Made by a program: the position numbers and the translations under genes. Below are positions 51,501 to 64,000 of a DNA stretch of 64,000 nucleotides, one piece after another; the stretch's first letter is position 1; each line of letters begins with the position of its first letter. The DNA is from Amphiscolops sp. MND2022 (Eukaryota). The notes beneath the pieces were generated by a model. It did not search any database, had not been told where the DNA came from, and worked only from the letters and a program-made list of their open reading frames with translations. Where the stretch lies: positions 14,944,001 through 15,008,000 of the forward strand of contig OZ076409.1 in the NCBI GenBank assembly GCA_964187785.1, read 5' to 3'.

Positions 51501-54500
51501 TGAACCCCATATTTGGTCTCGGTCATGAGATATACGAGCTCAAGAAAAAAAAGAACCAAGAATTTTTTTGAAAAAAATGAAGTTTTTTGGAAGAAAAACG
51601 AAGGCGTCATGCTCGATGACGGTAACTTTTTGGTCCAAAAAGTAGCCCATATCTATGCTGTTCTTCTCGAAAGAGAACGGTTTCTGTGCCTTATATCAGT
51701 TTTGACAAACATGAGCTACGAATGAGAAAAAAATTTTCGAAACATTTTTTGTCCTCTTTTTTGCCCAAAAACACCAAGTACGAAAATAATTGACGTCATT
51801 TTTCGGCCAAAATGGAGCCTATAAAACGCTTGTACCATTTACGAAACCATGGACCTTGTATTGGGTCTCAGTTCTAAGATATAGGGGATCAAAGATGAAA
51901 AATAGTCAAAAATAGCGTTTTTTTCAAAAATTCTTTAGGAAAAAACCCATGGAACCGTTTTTTTCGGAACTTATTTTCGGCGAAAATTTAGCCTAGGGTC
52001 CTGTGCTTTTTTAGCGAAAACATGGTGTCCTTATCTGTTCTCGGTTTTGAGAAATTTGCCTCACAACTTCAAAAAATTGGCACATGTCACGAAATCTGTG
52101 GAAAAAACATAGGCGCGACGGCATGTCGCCCTTGAGCACGAGCAGAAACGTTCAATGGTCTGCAGCAGGTGTTACCAATTCTTTGTGTTCCAGGGCCTAC
52201 AACTTTGTGAACTTATCCAGTCTCAGATGAGGATATTTAGATGAAAGAACTAAAAAGATGAGGGAAAATTTTTTTTAAATGAAAAAATGAATTTTTGGCT
52301 GAAACCCGAAGGCGTCATACTTCATGACGGAAACTTTGAAAGTACAAAAAGTAGCCTACATACTTGCCTCACTTTGTGAGGGAGAATGGTTTTCGTATGT
52401 ATTTCCAGTTCGGAGAAAAATCAGCTACAAATTGGAAAAAATGGAAAAAATTCAGAAATTTTTTTTATTAGTTTATTTGCTAAAAAAATCCAGAGCGAAA
52501 AAAAATTCGACATCAGTTTTAGCCTAAAACGTAGCCTACATAAGCTTCGTAAATTTAACGAAACCATGAACGCCATATTTGGTCTTGGTCATGAGATATA
52601 CGAGCTCAAGTAAAAAAGAACCAAGAATTTTTTTGAAAAAAAATGAAGTTTTTTGGAAGAAAAACGAAGGCGTCATATTTGATGACGGTAACTTTTTGGT
52701 CCAAAAAGTAGCCCATATCTTTGCTGTTTTTCTCGAAAGAGAACGGTTTCTGTGCCTTATATCAGTTTTGACAAACATGAGCTATGAATGAGAAAAAAAT
52801 TTTCGAAACATTTTTTGTCCTCTTTTGCCCAAAAACACCAAGTATGAAAATAATTGACGTCATTTTTCGGCCAAAATGTAGCCTATAAAACGCTTGTACC
52901 ATTTATGAAACCATGGACCTTGTATTGGGTCTCAGTTCTGAGATATAGGGGATCAAATATGAAAAATAGTCAAAAATTGCGTTTTTTCAAAAATTCTTTT
53001 GAAAAAAACCCATTAAACCGTTTTTTTCGGAACTTATTTTCAGCGAAAATTTAGCCTAGGATCCTGCGAGTTTTTTAACGAAAACATGGTGTCCGTATCT
53101 GTTCTGCGTTTTGAGAAACTTGCTCCACAAGTTTGAAAAATCGGCACATGTCACGAAGTCTGCGGAAAAAAACATAGGCGCGACGGCATGTCGCCCTTGA
53201 GCACGAGCAGAAACGTTCAATGGTCTGCAGCAGGTGTTACAAGTTCTTTTTGTTCCAGGGCCCACAACTTTGTGAACTTATCCAGTCTCAGATGAGGATA
53301 TTTTGATGAAAGAACTAAAAAGATGAAGGAAAACTTTTTTTAAAATGAAAAACTGAGTTTTTGGCAGAAACCCGAAGGCGTCATACTTCATGACGGAAAC
53401 TTTGATGGTACAAAAAGTAGCCTATATACTTGCCTCACTTTGTGAGGGAGAATGGTTTTCGTATGTATTTCCAGTTCGGAGAAAAATCAGCTACAAATTG
53501 GAAAAAAAAGGAAAAAATTCAGAAAGTTTTTTTATTAATTTATTTGCAAAAAAAATCCAGAGCGAAAAAATTTCGACATCACTTTTAGCCTAAAACGTAG
53601 CGTACATAAGCCTCGTAACTTTAACAAGAATATGAACCCCATATTTGGTCTCAGTCATGAGATATACGAGCTCAAGTGAAAAAAAACCAAGAAATTTTTT
53701 TTGAAAAAATAAGTTTTTGGCACAAAAACGATGACGTCATATTTGATGACGGTAACTTTTTGGTCCAAAAAGTAGCCCATATCTATGCTGTTCTTCTCGA
53801 AAGAGAACGGTTTCTGTGCCTTATATCAGTTTTGACAAACATGAGCAACGAAAGAGAAAAAATTTTTCGAAACATTTTTTGTCCTCTTTTGCCCAAAAAC
53901 ACCAAGTATGAAAATAATTGACGTCATTTTTCTGCCAAAATGTAGCCTATAAAACGCTTGTACCATTTATGAAACCATGGACCTTGTATTGGGTCTCAGT
54001 TCTGAGATATAGGGGATCAAAGATGAAAAATAGTCAAAAATAGCGTTTTTTTCAAAAAATCTTTTGAAAGAAACCCATGAAACCGTTTTTTCGGAACTTA
54101 TTTTCAGCGAAAATTTAGCCTAGGATCCTGCCAATTTTTTAACGAAAACATGGTGTCCGTATCTGTCCTGCGTTTTGAGAAACTTGCTCCACAAGTTTGA
54201 AAAATCGGCACATGTCACGAAATCTGCGGAAAAAAACATAGGCGCGACGGCATGTCGCCCTTGAGCACGAGCAGAAACGTTCAATGGTCTGCAGCAGGTG
54301 TTACAAGTTCTTTTTGTTCCAGGGCCCACAACTTTGTGAACTTATCCAGTCTCAGATGAGGATATTTTGATGAAAGAACTAAAAAGATGAAGGAAAACTT
54401 TTTTTAAAATGAAAAACTGAGTTTTTGGCAGAAACCCGAAGGCGTCATACTTCATGACGGAAACTTTGATGGTACAAAAAGTAGCCTATATACTTGCCTC

Positions 54501-56362
54501 ACTTTGTGAGGGAGAATGGTTTTCGTATGTATTTCCAGTTCGGAGAAAAATCAGCTACAAATTGGAAAAAAAAAGGAAAAAATTCAGAAATTTTTTTTTA
54601 TTAATTTATTTGCAAAAAAAATCCAGAGTGAAAAAAATTTCGACATCACTTTTAGCCTAAAACGTAGCGTATATAAGCCTCGTAACTTTAACAAGAATAT
54701 GAACCCCATATTTGGTCTCAGTCATGAGATATACGAGCTCAAGTGAAAAAAAACCAAGAAATTTTTTTTGAAAAAATAAGTTTTTGGCACAAAAACGATG
54801 GCGTCGTATTTGATGACGGTAACTTTTCGGTCCAAAAAGTAGCCCATATCTATGCTGTTCTCGAAAGAGAACGGTTTCTGTGCCTTATATCAGTTTTGAC
54901 AAACATGAGCTACGAATGAGAAAAAATTTTTCGAAACATTTTTTGTCCTCTTTTGCCCAAAAACACCAAGTATGAAAATAATTGACGTCATTTTTCTGCC
55001 AAAATGTAGCCTATAAAACGCTTGTACCATTTATGAAACCATGGACCTTGTGTTGGGTCTCAGTTCTGAGATATAGGGGATCAAAGATGAAAAATAGTCA
55101 AAAATAGCGTTTTTTCAAAAATTCTTTTGAAAAAAACCCATGAAACCGTTTTTTTCGGAACTTATTTTCAGCGAAAATTTAGCCTAGGATCCTGCGAGTT
55201 TTTTAACGAAAACATGGTGTCCGTATCTGTTCTGCGTTTTGAGAAACTTGCTCCACAAGTTTGAAAAATCGGCACATGTCACGAAATCTGCGGAAAAAAA
55301 CATAGGCGCGACGGCATGTCGCCCTTGAGCACGAGCAGAAACGTTCAATGGTCTGCAGCAGGTGTTACAAGTTCTTTTTGTTCCAGGGCCCACAACTTTG
55401 TGAACTTATCCAGTCTCAGATGAGGATATTTTGATGAAAGAACTAAAAAGATGAAGGAAAACTTTTTTAAAATGAAAAACTGAGTTTTTGGCAGAAACCC
55501 GAAGGCGTCATACTTCATGACGGAAACTTTGATGGTACAAAAAGTAGCCTATATACTTGCCTCACTTTGTGAGGGAGAATGGTTTTCGTATGTATTTCCA
55601 GTTCGGAGAAAAATCAGCTACAAATTGGAAGAAAAAGGAAAAAAAATCAGAAGTTTTTTTTATTAATTTATTTGCAAAAAAATCCAGAGCGAAAAAAATT
55701 TCGACATCACTCTTAGCCTAAAACGTAGCGTACATAAGCCTCGTAACTTTAACAAGAATATGAACCCCATATTTGGTCTCAGTCATGAGATATACGAGCT
55801 CAAGTGAAAAAAAACCAAGAAATTTTTTTTGAAAAAATAAGTTTTTGGCACAAAAACGATGGCGTCATACTTGATGACGGTAACTTTTTGGTCCAAAAAG
55901 TAGCCCATATCTATGCTGTTCTTCTCGAAAGAGAACGGTTTCTGTGCCTTGTATCAGTTTTGACAAACATGAGCTACGAATGAGAAAAAGTTTTTCGAAA
56001 CATTTTTTGTCCTCTTTTTTGCCCAAAAACACCAAGTATGAAAATAATTGACGTCATTTTTCGGCCAAAATGTAGCCTATAAAACGCTTGTACCATTTAC
56101 GAAACCATGGACCTTGCATTGGGTCTCAGTTCTGAGATATAGGGGATCAAAGATGAAAAATAGTCAAAAACAGCGTTTTTTCAAAAATTCTTTTGAAAAA
56201 CAACCCATGAAACCGTGTTTTCGGAATTTATTTTCGGCGAAAATGTAGCCTAGGATCCTGCGCAACTTTTCGCGAATATATGGTGTCCGTACTTGTTCTG
56301 GATTTTGAGAAATTTGCCTCACAAGTTTGAAAAATTGGCACATGTCACGAAATCTGCGAAAA

Positions 56363-56487
56363 AAAACGTCACCATATGGGCATCTCGCAAAAGTCGTGCC
56401 CCGAAAACGTCACCATATGGGCATCTCGCAAAATTCGTGCCCCAAAAACGTCACGATATGGGCATCTCGCAAAGCTCGTTCCCCAAA
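56363..56487. repeat. ~40-bp minisatellite (3 copies) capping the satellite array
   Basis: aaaacgtcaccatatgggcatctcgcaaa..tcgtgcccc x3. Confidence 0.9.
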
Positions 56488-59400
56488 AATACCAGCTAAG
56501 GCGCTTAGCGCAATGCTTCAGAAGAATACTTGACACCAAACAGATTCAGGATAATAATCACCTGCATCGCAAATTGTCTGGAAGATATAGGTAAATAAAA
56601 AACTAGATTGTACAAAACTGATTATTCAATGATCAATTTTTGTTAAAAGAGTACTAAGTAGCTTCTTTAGCGAGATAAAAATTATTGCAGAAAGGGAACA
56701 GGAGTGCACCATGCAAAAGTATTGGTGCATCATGCCAGTATCGCCAATGGGTTCGGAGACATGAATATCCTTCTGGCTGAAAATGGACCTATAGGCTGAA
56801 CCTCCAAAATTGTTTTCACAAAAAGAACACGATGGAACTTGCACTGATTCATCATTTTAGCACTAGAGCATGGACGAATTACTCGGGCATCTTTCTTGGT
56901 TTCGAATGTCCACATTGAAGTTGAAGGAGGCGCTTCTTATGCACTTCTGCATACGGGAACAAAAAGTTGATTTTCAACAACCACTTATATGGTTGTCAAT
57001 GTCAATGTCTTCAATGTCAATAAAACGTTCTTGTAATAATGTAAATAAATTCATTGATTTAATTCAAAGGGGGTCACGCGATAAAGAGGCTAGTTTTTTA
57101 CGAAGTACATTTCAACCACCTTGTGATTTCATCTATTTTCCGAGTTTGCGGCCTCATGCGATTGTTTTGACAGTCGATACAGGTACGCGCACACTTCTTT
57201 CTGGGTGAGAGGCTCTTCAGTCATACGGGATTCTACTGTCATCATAATGATGTTAAACTAATACAATGTGAGAGTACGTTGTGCCAAATAGAGGAAGATT
57301 TCCCAAAGGCAAAGAGGAATTACAAAAAATGATGTTTTCCCGGCAGTGGTTCAGTGTAGCAAATTCGAAAGCAATGAGTGTATTGGAAGACTTATTGTCC
57401 ACGCTCACTAAACAATTTATCTATTTAACGTTGTTTGTTTAATGAGCCCTGTTCATTTATTAATACCTTGCTGATGAATGCTTTAAATCAACATCATCGT
57501 GATGTAAGTAAAAAATGTCAAAACTCTTGCATGTGCCACCGAAGCAACAAGTTCGTCACACTGGAAAATCGAAAGTTTTTATTTTTTCGCCTAAAACTTT
57601 TTGTAGCATGACATGTTTGTCATAAATTGTTGACAACAGTGCAAAAAAACAAAAGGATAATAATTTTCACCGTGTTCTCAAACAACGTTCATGGCTCTAC
57701 TTTGGAGCGTAAAATTGAATTGCCAGATTTTCACTGGACGCTTCAAAAGTTCCTTGTTTGAACTTTGCATAACGTGATAAACTCCAAGAGCAAATTGAAC
57801 TAACAACCGATATTATTATAAACGTTTTTGTGTTGTCTTTTCACCCAGGTTTGTTGGAATCATTGAATGGGTATATCTGTTTTGTTTTGTAAGATTTCTT
57901 GTGGAAACGTTTCTGACCTGGAAGTTTGCTTGCAACTAGTGTAGATTCTCTCTCAGTTGGATATGAGCCAGTTTCTCGAAGACAGATCACTTTCTAAAAC
58001 CGACTGGCTAAAACAGGAACTGATGTGTGAGTATTTTTGCATTGTTTTTCAAATAAATTCTATTTTGATGTTCAAAGATTCAGTTCTCAAATTCGTTATT
58101 TTTTTCACGTTTCCTCGTTTTTATCAGAACAGTTATCTGAGGGATGTCCTTTTTATCGGAGAAATGAACGCTTGTTCAAAAATTTCATAAGTTGCAGGGA
58201 TTTTTTGGAGGTTTTCAATAAAAACTTGAACTATTTCCAGAGATTTATCAGGTTGCAGAGCTTTTTTGAAGCGCAGGCAAAAACGTCCAAAAATTTTCAA
58301 TGATGCAGCAAAGTTTCCACGATTTTCCAAGATGCAGGGGGTTTTTACTACAATTTTCCCAGCATGAGCCCTAAATTTTCTGTTTTTCTAAAAATCTTCC
58401 CTGCATGCATCCATGCAACGAAAAGTTCATGGACCCTCGACTAGCGTACTTTATAATATCGTCTCGACTTATGACCGGTGGACCAGAAACAAGAAACAAC
58501 GGTTCAGCATGATGAAAATAAGAAACCACGTGATTACGTAATCTACTTCGATTATCAATATAGTTCGATTTTACACTTCTGCTCTTCAGTTTAGAAACGA
58601 ATCAATTTTTTTTATTTACCCATCTATTAGAAAAGGATGCAATAATCTGTGCAAGATTCAAGGCATTTTCGCCATAACATCGTTTCCGAAAAAGATTCAT
58701 CTTTGGGGCTTTTTTTCTCTTATCACAGTGGTCAAAGTCGAAAACTTTGTTTTTGCGTAATCACTGAATTGTTTGTCCTCTTGTTCGTTGTCTCCTTTGA
58801 CAACCCAGTTAATATAGGAAGCACTTTTTTGTTTGCAAACTGAACGTTAAAATTGCGTCATCAGCTTTCGTTGAGTCATGCCAAGATACAACCATTAAGC
58901 ATTCACTGTATCTCTTTTGTAAAACGTGTATTGAAGATTATTAGGGGATGAAGCGGGAAAATCCTCGAGCAAAACCGTAAGTGATTTTCGTCTTTGGAAG
59001 TTCTGATTATAGCTAAAACCGATTCAAACTCGAATTTATTTTTGAAATTTGTTGGTGGTTCTTTCTCGCGGAAGGCGACAAATCGTGTTGGCAAAATGCA
59101 ATAATTTTTGGTTTCAATAAAAAAGAAACAAAATAAGCAAAGTAGCTCAAATACTGAATCGAATTAATTTCTTCACCCGGCATATAGTAACGTACCAATA
59201 AACGTAGAAGTACTAACTGTTTTGGATCTGAAAACAAGTTAAGAAGTTCCTGTAGATCTTCCCTTCGTCTCTTGTACTTTTATGGTTTGTAAAAATTACG
59301 TTTCAGAAATTCACGTAAAGTGTTAGAATTTGAAGTTCTTGAAAGATGACAGAAATAATGATCTTGAGATGTTTTGATATTTCAAAAAGGTAAGATATTC

Positions 59401-60304
59401 GGCCTTGCTGTTATTTTAGTTTGAACCGAGTGAATCACGTTGTATTTATTAGTCAGAAAATCCAATTGGCTTGATATGTAGTCAATTGTTTTGGAGGGTG
59501 AAAGCCAACAATGGCATGTAACTTGAAATCTGTAACTGAACGAATTAGATTCATTCGTTGATATTGGATGTTGCAAGGCTGCCTGAGTTCTTGAGAAACA
59601 TACCTTCAGATGGAACTTGATAGAAACATACATTATGCAATGTTTGTAGCTATAAAGGTTGATCATTATTTTTCCTGTTAGTAAATTTATTGGTGGATTC
59701 TTGACATTTATTCAATATTTTTGATTATTGAGATATTGCACAACGAGAGATTCCAAGATATTTTCAATGCCAAGTGAATCTCAATAGCAAATGAAAGTTC
59801 CATGTTAGCAACTTTCCAATGAAGAGTTCCTGTCAAGTACTAGAAAAACTGTTTACAATGTTTTCAGACGTAAAAAATTGTATAAACGCCGAGAGTAAAA
59901 GTGCCTGAAAGCAAAGGATGCTCAGTAGTTTTAACTTCTCCGGTGTGAAAACTACCCATCTTTTCCCAGGACTTTTTGAAAATCTCAGAACAGTTTCTAA
60001 GCATCCAACGGGTGCTTTTGTGCTCGAAAAACGATTCGGAGGTTCAGATGTAGCGTGCTGAGACAAATACGAGGCTGATACTACGCCTTATCCACATTAT
60101 ATTGGATATAACGTTCAAAGTTCGGATATAGCGTGATGGGAGAAATGGGAGCGCTTGTTTTTGAACCTCCGCCTCCTCCTTAGTAAAACGCAATATAGTT
60201 CAGATACAATGTCAAAAATTCGAAAATAGCGTTTTACTTCAGATATTACGTCGGTTAGTATTGAGGAAAAAATTATTGGATATCCATTGAGAAAACCTAA
60301 TCAG

Positions 60305-60835
60305 AAAAAAGATAGTTTTGAACATAGTCTCATAGTGCCAAAAAACGTAAAAACTGGGACCCTTTAAGGTTTTTTAACATCCATTCAGTTGTAATTTTTT
60401 TAAAACTCAAGGGGGCCCTTTAGGGACATTTTAAAATATTTTCGATACAAAAAAAAGTGAAAGTTTTGAACATGGTCTGATGGTGCCGAAAAATTCAACA
60501 GGGGAAGGACTCTTTGGGATTTTTTTCATCCATTCTGTTGCGAAATGTCAAAACAATTGAAAGAAGGCCCTTCGGAGACATTTAAAAAATTTTCAAATTT
60601 TCAGGAAAAAATCTCACAAGGCCAAAAAGTGGAAACAGGGACCCTATAGTTTCGTCCGGTTTTGTATATTACGCTAGAAAAAGGAACAACTAATGTATGT
60701 CAGGTCTCTGGGTCAAAAGGTGAACTTTGGCCCCCTAAGGTTTTGTAGATTTGTAGAACTATTTGGTCAGTTTGTGTAGGTTGAGAAAAAGTCATTATTA
60801 TTGTGACGTTTCACTTCATGAAGCGCCGACTAAAA
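60305..60835 (+). repeat. Degenerate ~147-bp tandem repeat (about 2.3 copies), possibly a non-autonomous element
   Basis: gttttgaacat(a/g)gtct...gtgcc at ~60316 and ~60463, partial third copy near 60612; small stem-loop near 60807-60825. Confidence 0.55.
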
Positions 60836-61333
60836 ATTTGTTTCTCAGCCAAGTGGACCAGTTTGACGCAAATAAAATTCATTATTTATGTTTTGGTCAG
60901 AAAATTAATTTAAAATACTTGTATTTTGACACTCAATTTCTTTTGCATCGCCCCATTCGACATCTAACTCACTTCAAATTGTTTTTTTGAAGGATCCATT
61001 CTCAAAAAATTTTTCAAATTTGGGAAAAACTTTTTTCGGAATCTAGCAAAAAAAACACTCTATGAATAAATTGAAAAGTGTCCTAAAAATACTTGTTAGA
61101 AACGTTCGATGTGTATTTTCATTCTAGAAGACTGAACTTGTACTGGAATGCCGATTGATTCATGGCAGTTTATGCTCGCAAAATAATCTTCTCCCGTAAT
61201 TTTTAGTCCGCGCTTTTCAGCGAACCTACAATTTCTGTTAGCAATCCTATAGCTTCTGGAAACTTGTAACTTCTGAAGCCACTTGGCAAAAAAGTTGAAA
61301 CGGAATTGCTGAGGTCTCAGAGGGCACAGTACG

Positions 61334-64000
61334 TGTCATGCAATACGCGCCGATTGCTAACAATCGATGCTGTTACCCACACAGCACTACCAGACAGAAA
61401 GTATGAATGAAAACAACGGAACACACGAGATTCACGAAGTGACGCCACTAAGTGCACAACGTCACAAGGCCAGAAAGGAAAAATGAAAGAAAACGGGACA
61501 TAGATTGATGCAATTGATTACACAGCTTTAACAAATAAACGCAAACATTCTACATGAATAAATTATAACGTGACTGTAATACATGCATCCTTTATACATT
61601 TATGCAAAATAATTTATTTCCATCAAATCCATTTCCGTTGCTTGTTGTAGTTGTATCGAATACATACTTTATACATTTACGCAGAATAATAATCTCTATT
61701 TTCATCAAGTACATTCGCGGTGTTTGAGTTAGTTGTGTTGAATACGTCAAATCAAGTGCCAAAAGTGTTTGTAATACTATAGTACGCAGCCTTGCTTAGT
61801 CCATAATTTGTCATTTACCCAATGTTAGTGATGCATCATCATCATTTAGTCATTTGTATTAGCCTCAACGTTGGGGATATAACATGATCTATCTCTAGTA
61901 CAAGTGCAATTATTTCACATATATTATTCATTCGTATTATATAATGCTTCATGAAACCATAGTAACGTACCATCACTGCACTCATACCAATAGACGCAAT
62001 TGCGCTACCAAACACAAGGTGCTAATTAACACCAAGAAAATAACGCAACAGGATTGGCTAATGAGGTCACGTGACCAACATCACCAAACTCAACAGCAGG
62101 CGCCACCACGCAGCCATTAACTTTTACTTTACTATAACGTGCAGTTACCAACTACATCATTTTTTTATACCAAACTTCATTTCAAAATCAATCTAAAAAC
62201 CATCCTTCAACAACTCAATTAAACTTTTAAAAACTCCAATTTTTCTTTATGCTTAACACGAGATCTCAATTAGCGAGAAATAATTCAGTAGATATGAGCG
62301 GAATGGATAGAGATAGTGATGCTGAGAGTGAAAGCAGTTTGCCCGAGATCCTCGCGAGAGATCAAACAAATGAGTTCGATAATGGCGACTTGTTAAAAAA
62401 CCAGAACGATACTGAACGACATATACTATACCAGCGTTTCTCTGAAATAAACAAGCAGATCAACGAACTAACAAACCTAGTATCGGCCTTAACGAAGAAG
62501 ATATTCTCTAGCAATAGAGAAAGGAACGATTTAAACAGTGTCTCAAATAGACACGAGACACGTTCCAACGTGGTGACAGGAGCTTCAACAAGCAATGTCC
62601 AGACGAACCTACTGCGTCCATCATCATCACACTACACTCAGCCACCCGCACACTAAATTGACGACATAGTAACCAAAATCCAACACCTGAGAAATACCAT
62701 GACGGATTCTGTACATCATCCGAAAATTCTCCAGACCCACGTTCCACTTTTCCGAGGGAACCGGGAGAGGCATAACCATACTTCCAGAGCCTGCTACGTG
62801 ACGACGCCATCAAATGCTGGCAGTCACGAAAAAACCAACCAAAAAACTCTTGCCCAAGTTTTGCGTTACTTCAAAAATGAGCATGCCAGAGAAGACTTGA
62901 AAAAAGTGACCAAATACAAGTTTGGCCAGATCCGCAATGACCCTTCAGCCGAGACGTTTAATGACTTTCTCAACAAATACAAGAAGGTGGCAAAACAAGC
63001 ATTCGGGACCAGATCAGGTGACATCACAGAGACCTTTTTGTTTGCAAAACTCCTCCCGGCCACATCAAGTGCCCAACTGTTAAATCAGATTAGCTCACCC
63101 CATCCACCAATTGCCACACCGCGGACTTCCAATTCCCAACCGCAACAAAACAGGGAAATCAAAAGGAAGTTTGATGGACAATGCCGTCATTGCGGCATAC
63201 ACGGGCACAAATGAGCAGAAAGTAGAAATAGACTTCGAGAAGAAAAGGAAAACAAATCCGCGAACCCAAACTCGCAAACCGCAACCCAGTCCAACCCAAC
63301 AAACGAACCAAAACCCAAAAACAACTCCAAATTGGTATGCCAAATTTGTCGAAAGGTGGGACATTCAGCCCGAGACTGTTATTACTGGAATACGGGTACG
63401 TCAGCATACCGAAGCGTCCTGTACCCTAAACAGTCAACGAAGGAAAATAAACAGATTCAAAGGGATTTCATACACACCAACAATAGGGTCTACAATACAA
63501 ACCAAACGAACTGTCCCACGCAGCACATGACGAAGCTGACAGTAATGAAAAAACCGAAAAACACGATGACGTAGAAGATCCAAAAAATTTCTGCTTAAAC
63601 CACGTCATCCTCCTCAATTGAACGAAAGTGCGCGCTAAAATCAACAACTAACCACTTCAAAACAAACTCGACTGAAGACTTCAAACAAACACGGGGTGGC
63701 AGTCCCGTGCCTCAACTTACACAAAGGAAACAACAAACTTTGTCATTACAAGACATTCGACTGACAACTACACCTTCCGACCGAAAGAATACAACTGACG
63801 ACCCGAAGTCAACAATATGGAATTGTTACCTCAGAACAATGACTCGGGTAACGAAACTAACGAAGCTAAACAACCCTCATTCCCAAAACCAAACCCACGG
63901 AAGAAAACCAATTACGAAAACCGCCCGTTGAGTGCTACCCTGCAACTCAACAGCGAAGACAGGATGTTATACGTACCACTCCAATTCCGAGAATACAAAA
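61334..64000 (+). mobile_element. Decayed, more distant Gypsy-type element, copy F (5' part)
   Basis: gag fragments with CRHCGIHGH and CQICRKVGHSARDC; PBS TGGTGACAGGAG at 62571; the window ends in PLSATLQLNSEDRMLYVPLQF, homologous to the pre-protease motif of A. The 5' boundary (TGTCATG at 61334) is tentative. Confidence 0.8.
62249..63600 (+). pseudogene. gag: gag of copy F, with stops and frameshifts
   Basis: ORF pieces 62249-62656, 62699-63214 and 63332-63574; two knuckle remnants. Confidence 0.8.

Larger units (their letters stand above)
38025..56490. repeat. Tandem satellite array, ~17 units of ~1064 bp
   Basis: The marker ggcgcgacggcatg (or a close variant) recurs at ~38036, 39412, 40481, 41547, 42543, 43600, 44661, 45726, 46793, 47857, 48921, 49985, 51050, 52112, 53177, 54241 and 55305. 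Confidence 0.97.

Noticed and set aside
56363..56487. CRISPR-like appearance of the 40-bp repeats
   Set aside because: No unique spacers, no cas genes, and a eukaryotic context.
38176..56594. Many short repeated ORFs in the satellite (e.g. ...DDGNFLVQKVAHIYAVLLERERF...)
   Set aside because: They are products of the tandem repeat; frames break at variable homopolymer runs and show no protein-like conservation.
57957..58030. Possible short host exon (ctctcag|TTG...ATG T|gtgagt)
   Set aside because: Splice-like signals only; no recognisable product or consistent neighbouring exons.

Overview
Eukaryotic, AT-rich, repeat-dominated DNA with no sign of prokaryotic gene organisation. Positions 1-37 kb and 61-64 kb hold four related Ty3/Gypsy-type LTR retrotransposons. 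A (1-5791, minus) has apparently intact ORFs and runs off the window. B (7638-22033, minus) is decayed. E (23657-37023, plus) is decayed and has a 5-bp TGGAT target-site duplication. F (~61.3-64 kb, plus) is decayed and more distant. Their shared architecture is unusual. (i) The ~1.7-kb LTRs (TGTC...GACA) carry the first ~110-200 codons of gag, so the PBS lies deep inside gag. (ii) An AAAAAAC -1 frameshift leads into a pol with an extra N-terminal segment and a dUTPase-like insert. (iii) Between pol and the 3' LTR sits a ~4-kb antisense gene with spliceosomal introns at conserved positions, a zinc finger and a conserved CSSKD* end. (iv) A divergent sense ORF with a CxxC motif ends inside the LTR across a covarying hairpin. 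The window also holds an ~18.5-kb satellite (~1.06-kb unit built from six ~177-bp monomers), a 234-bp near-perfect palindrome, a probable host exon, and a small internally repetitive element. All domain assignments are by eye; no searches were run.
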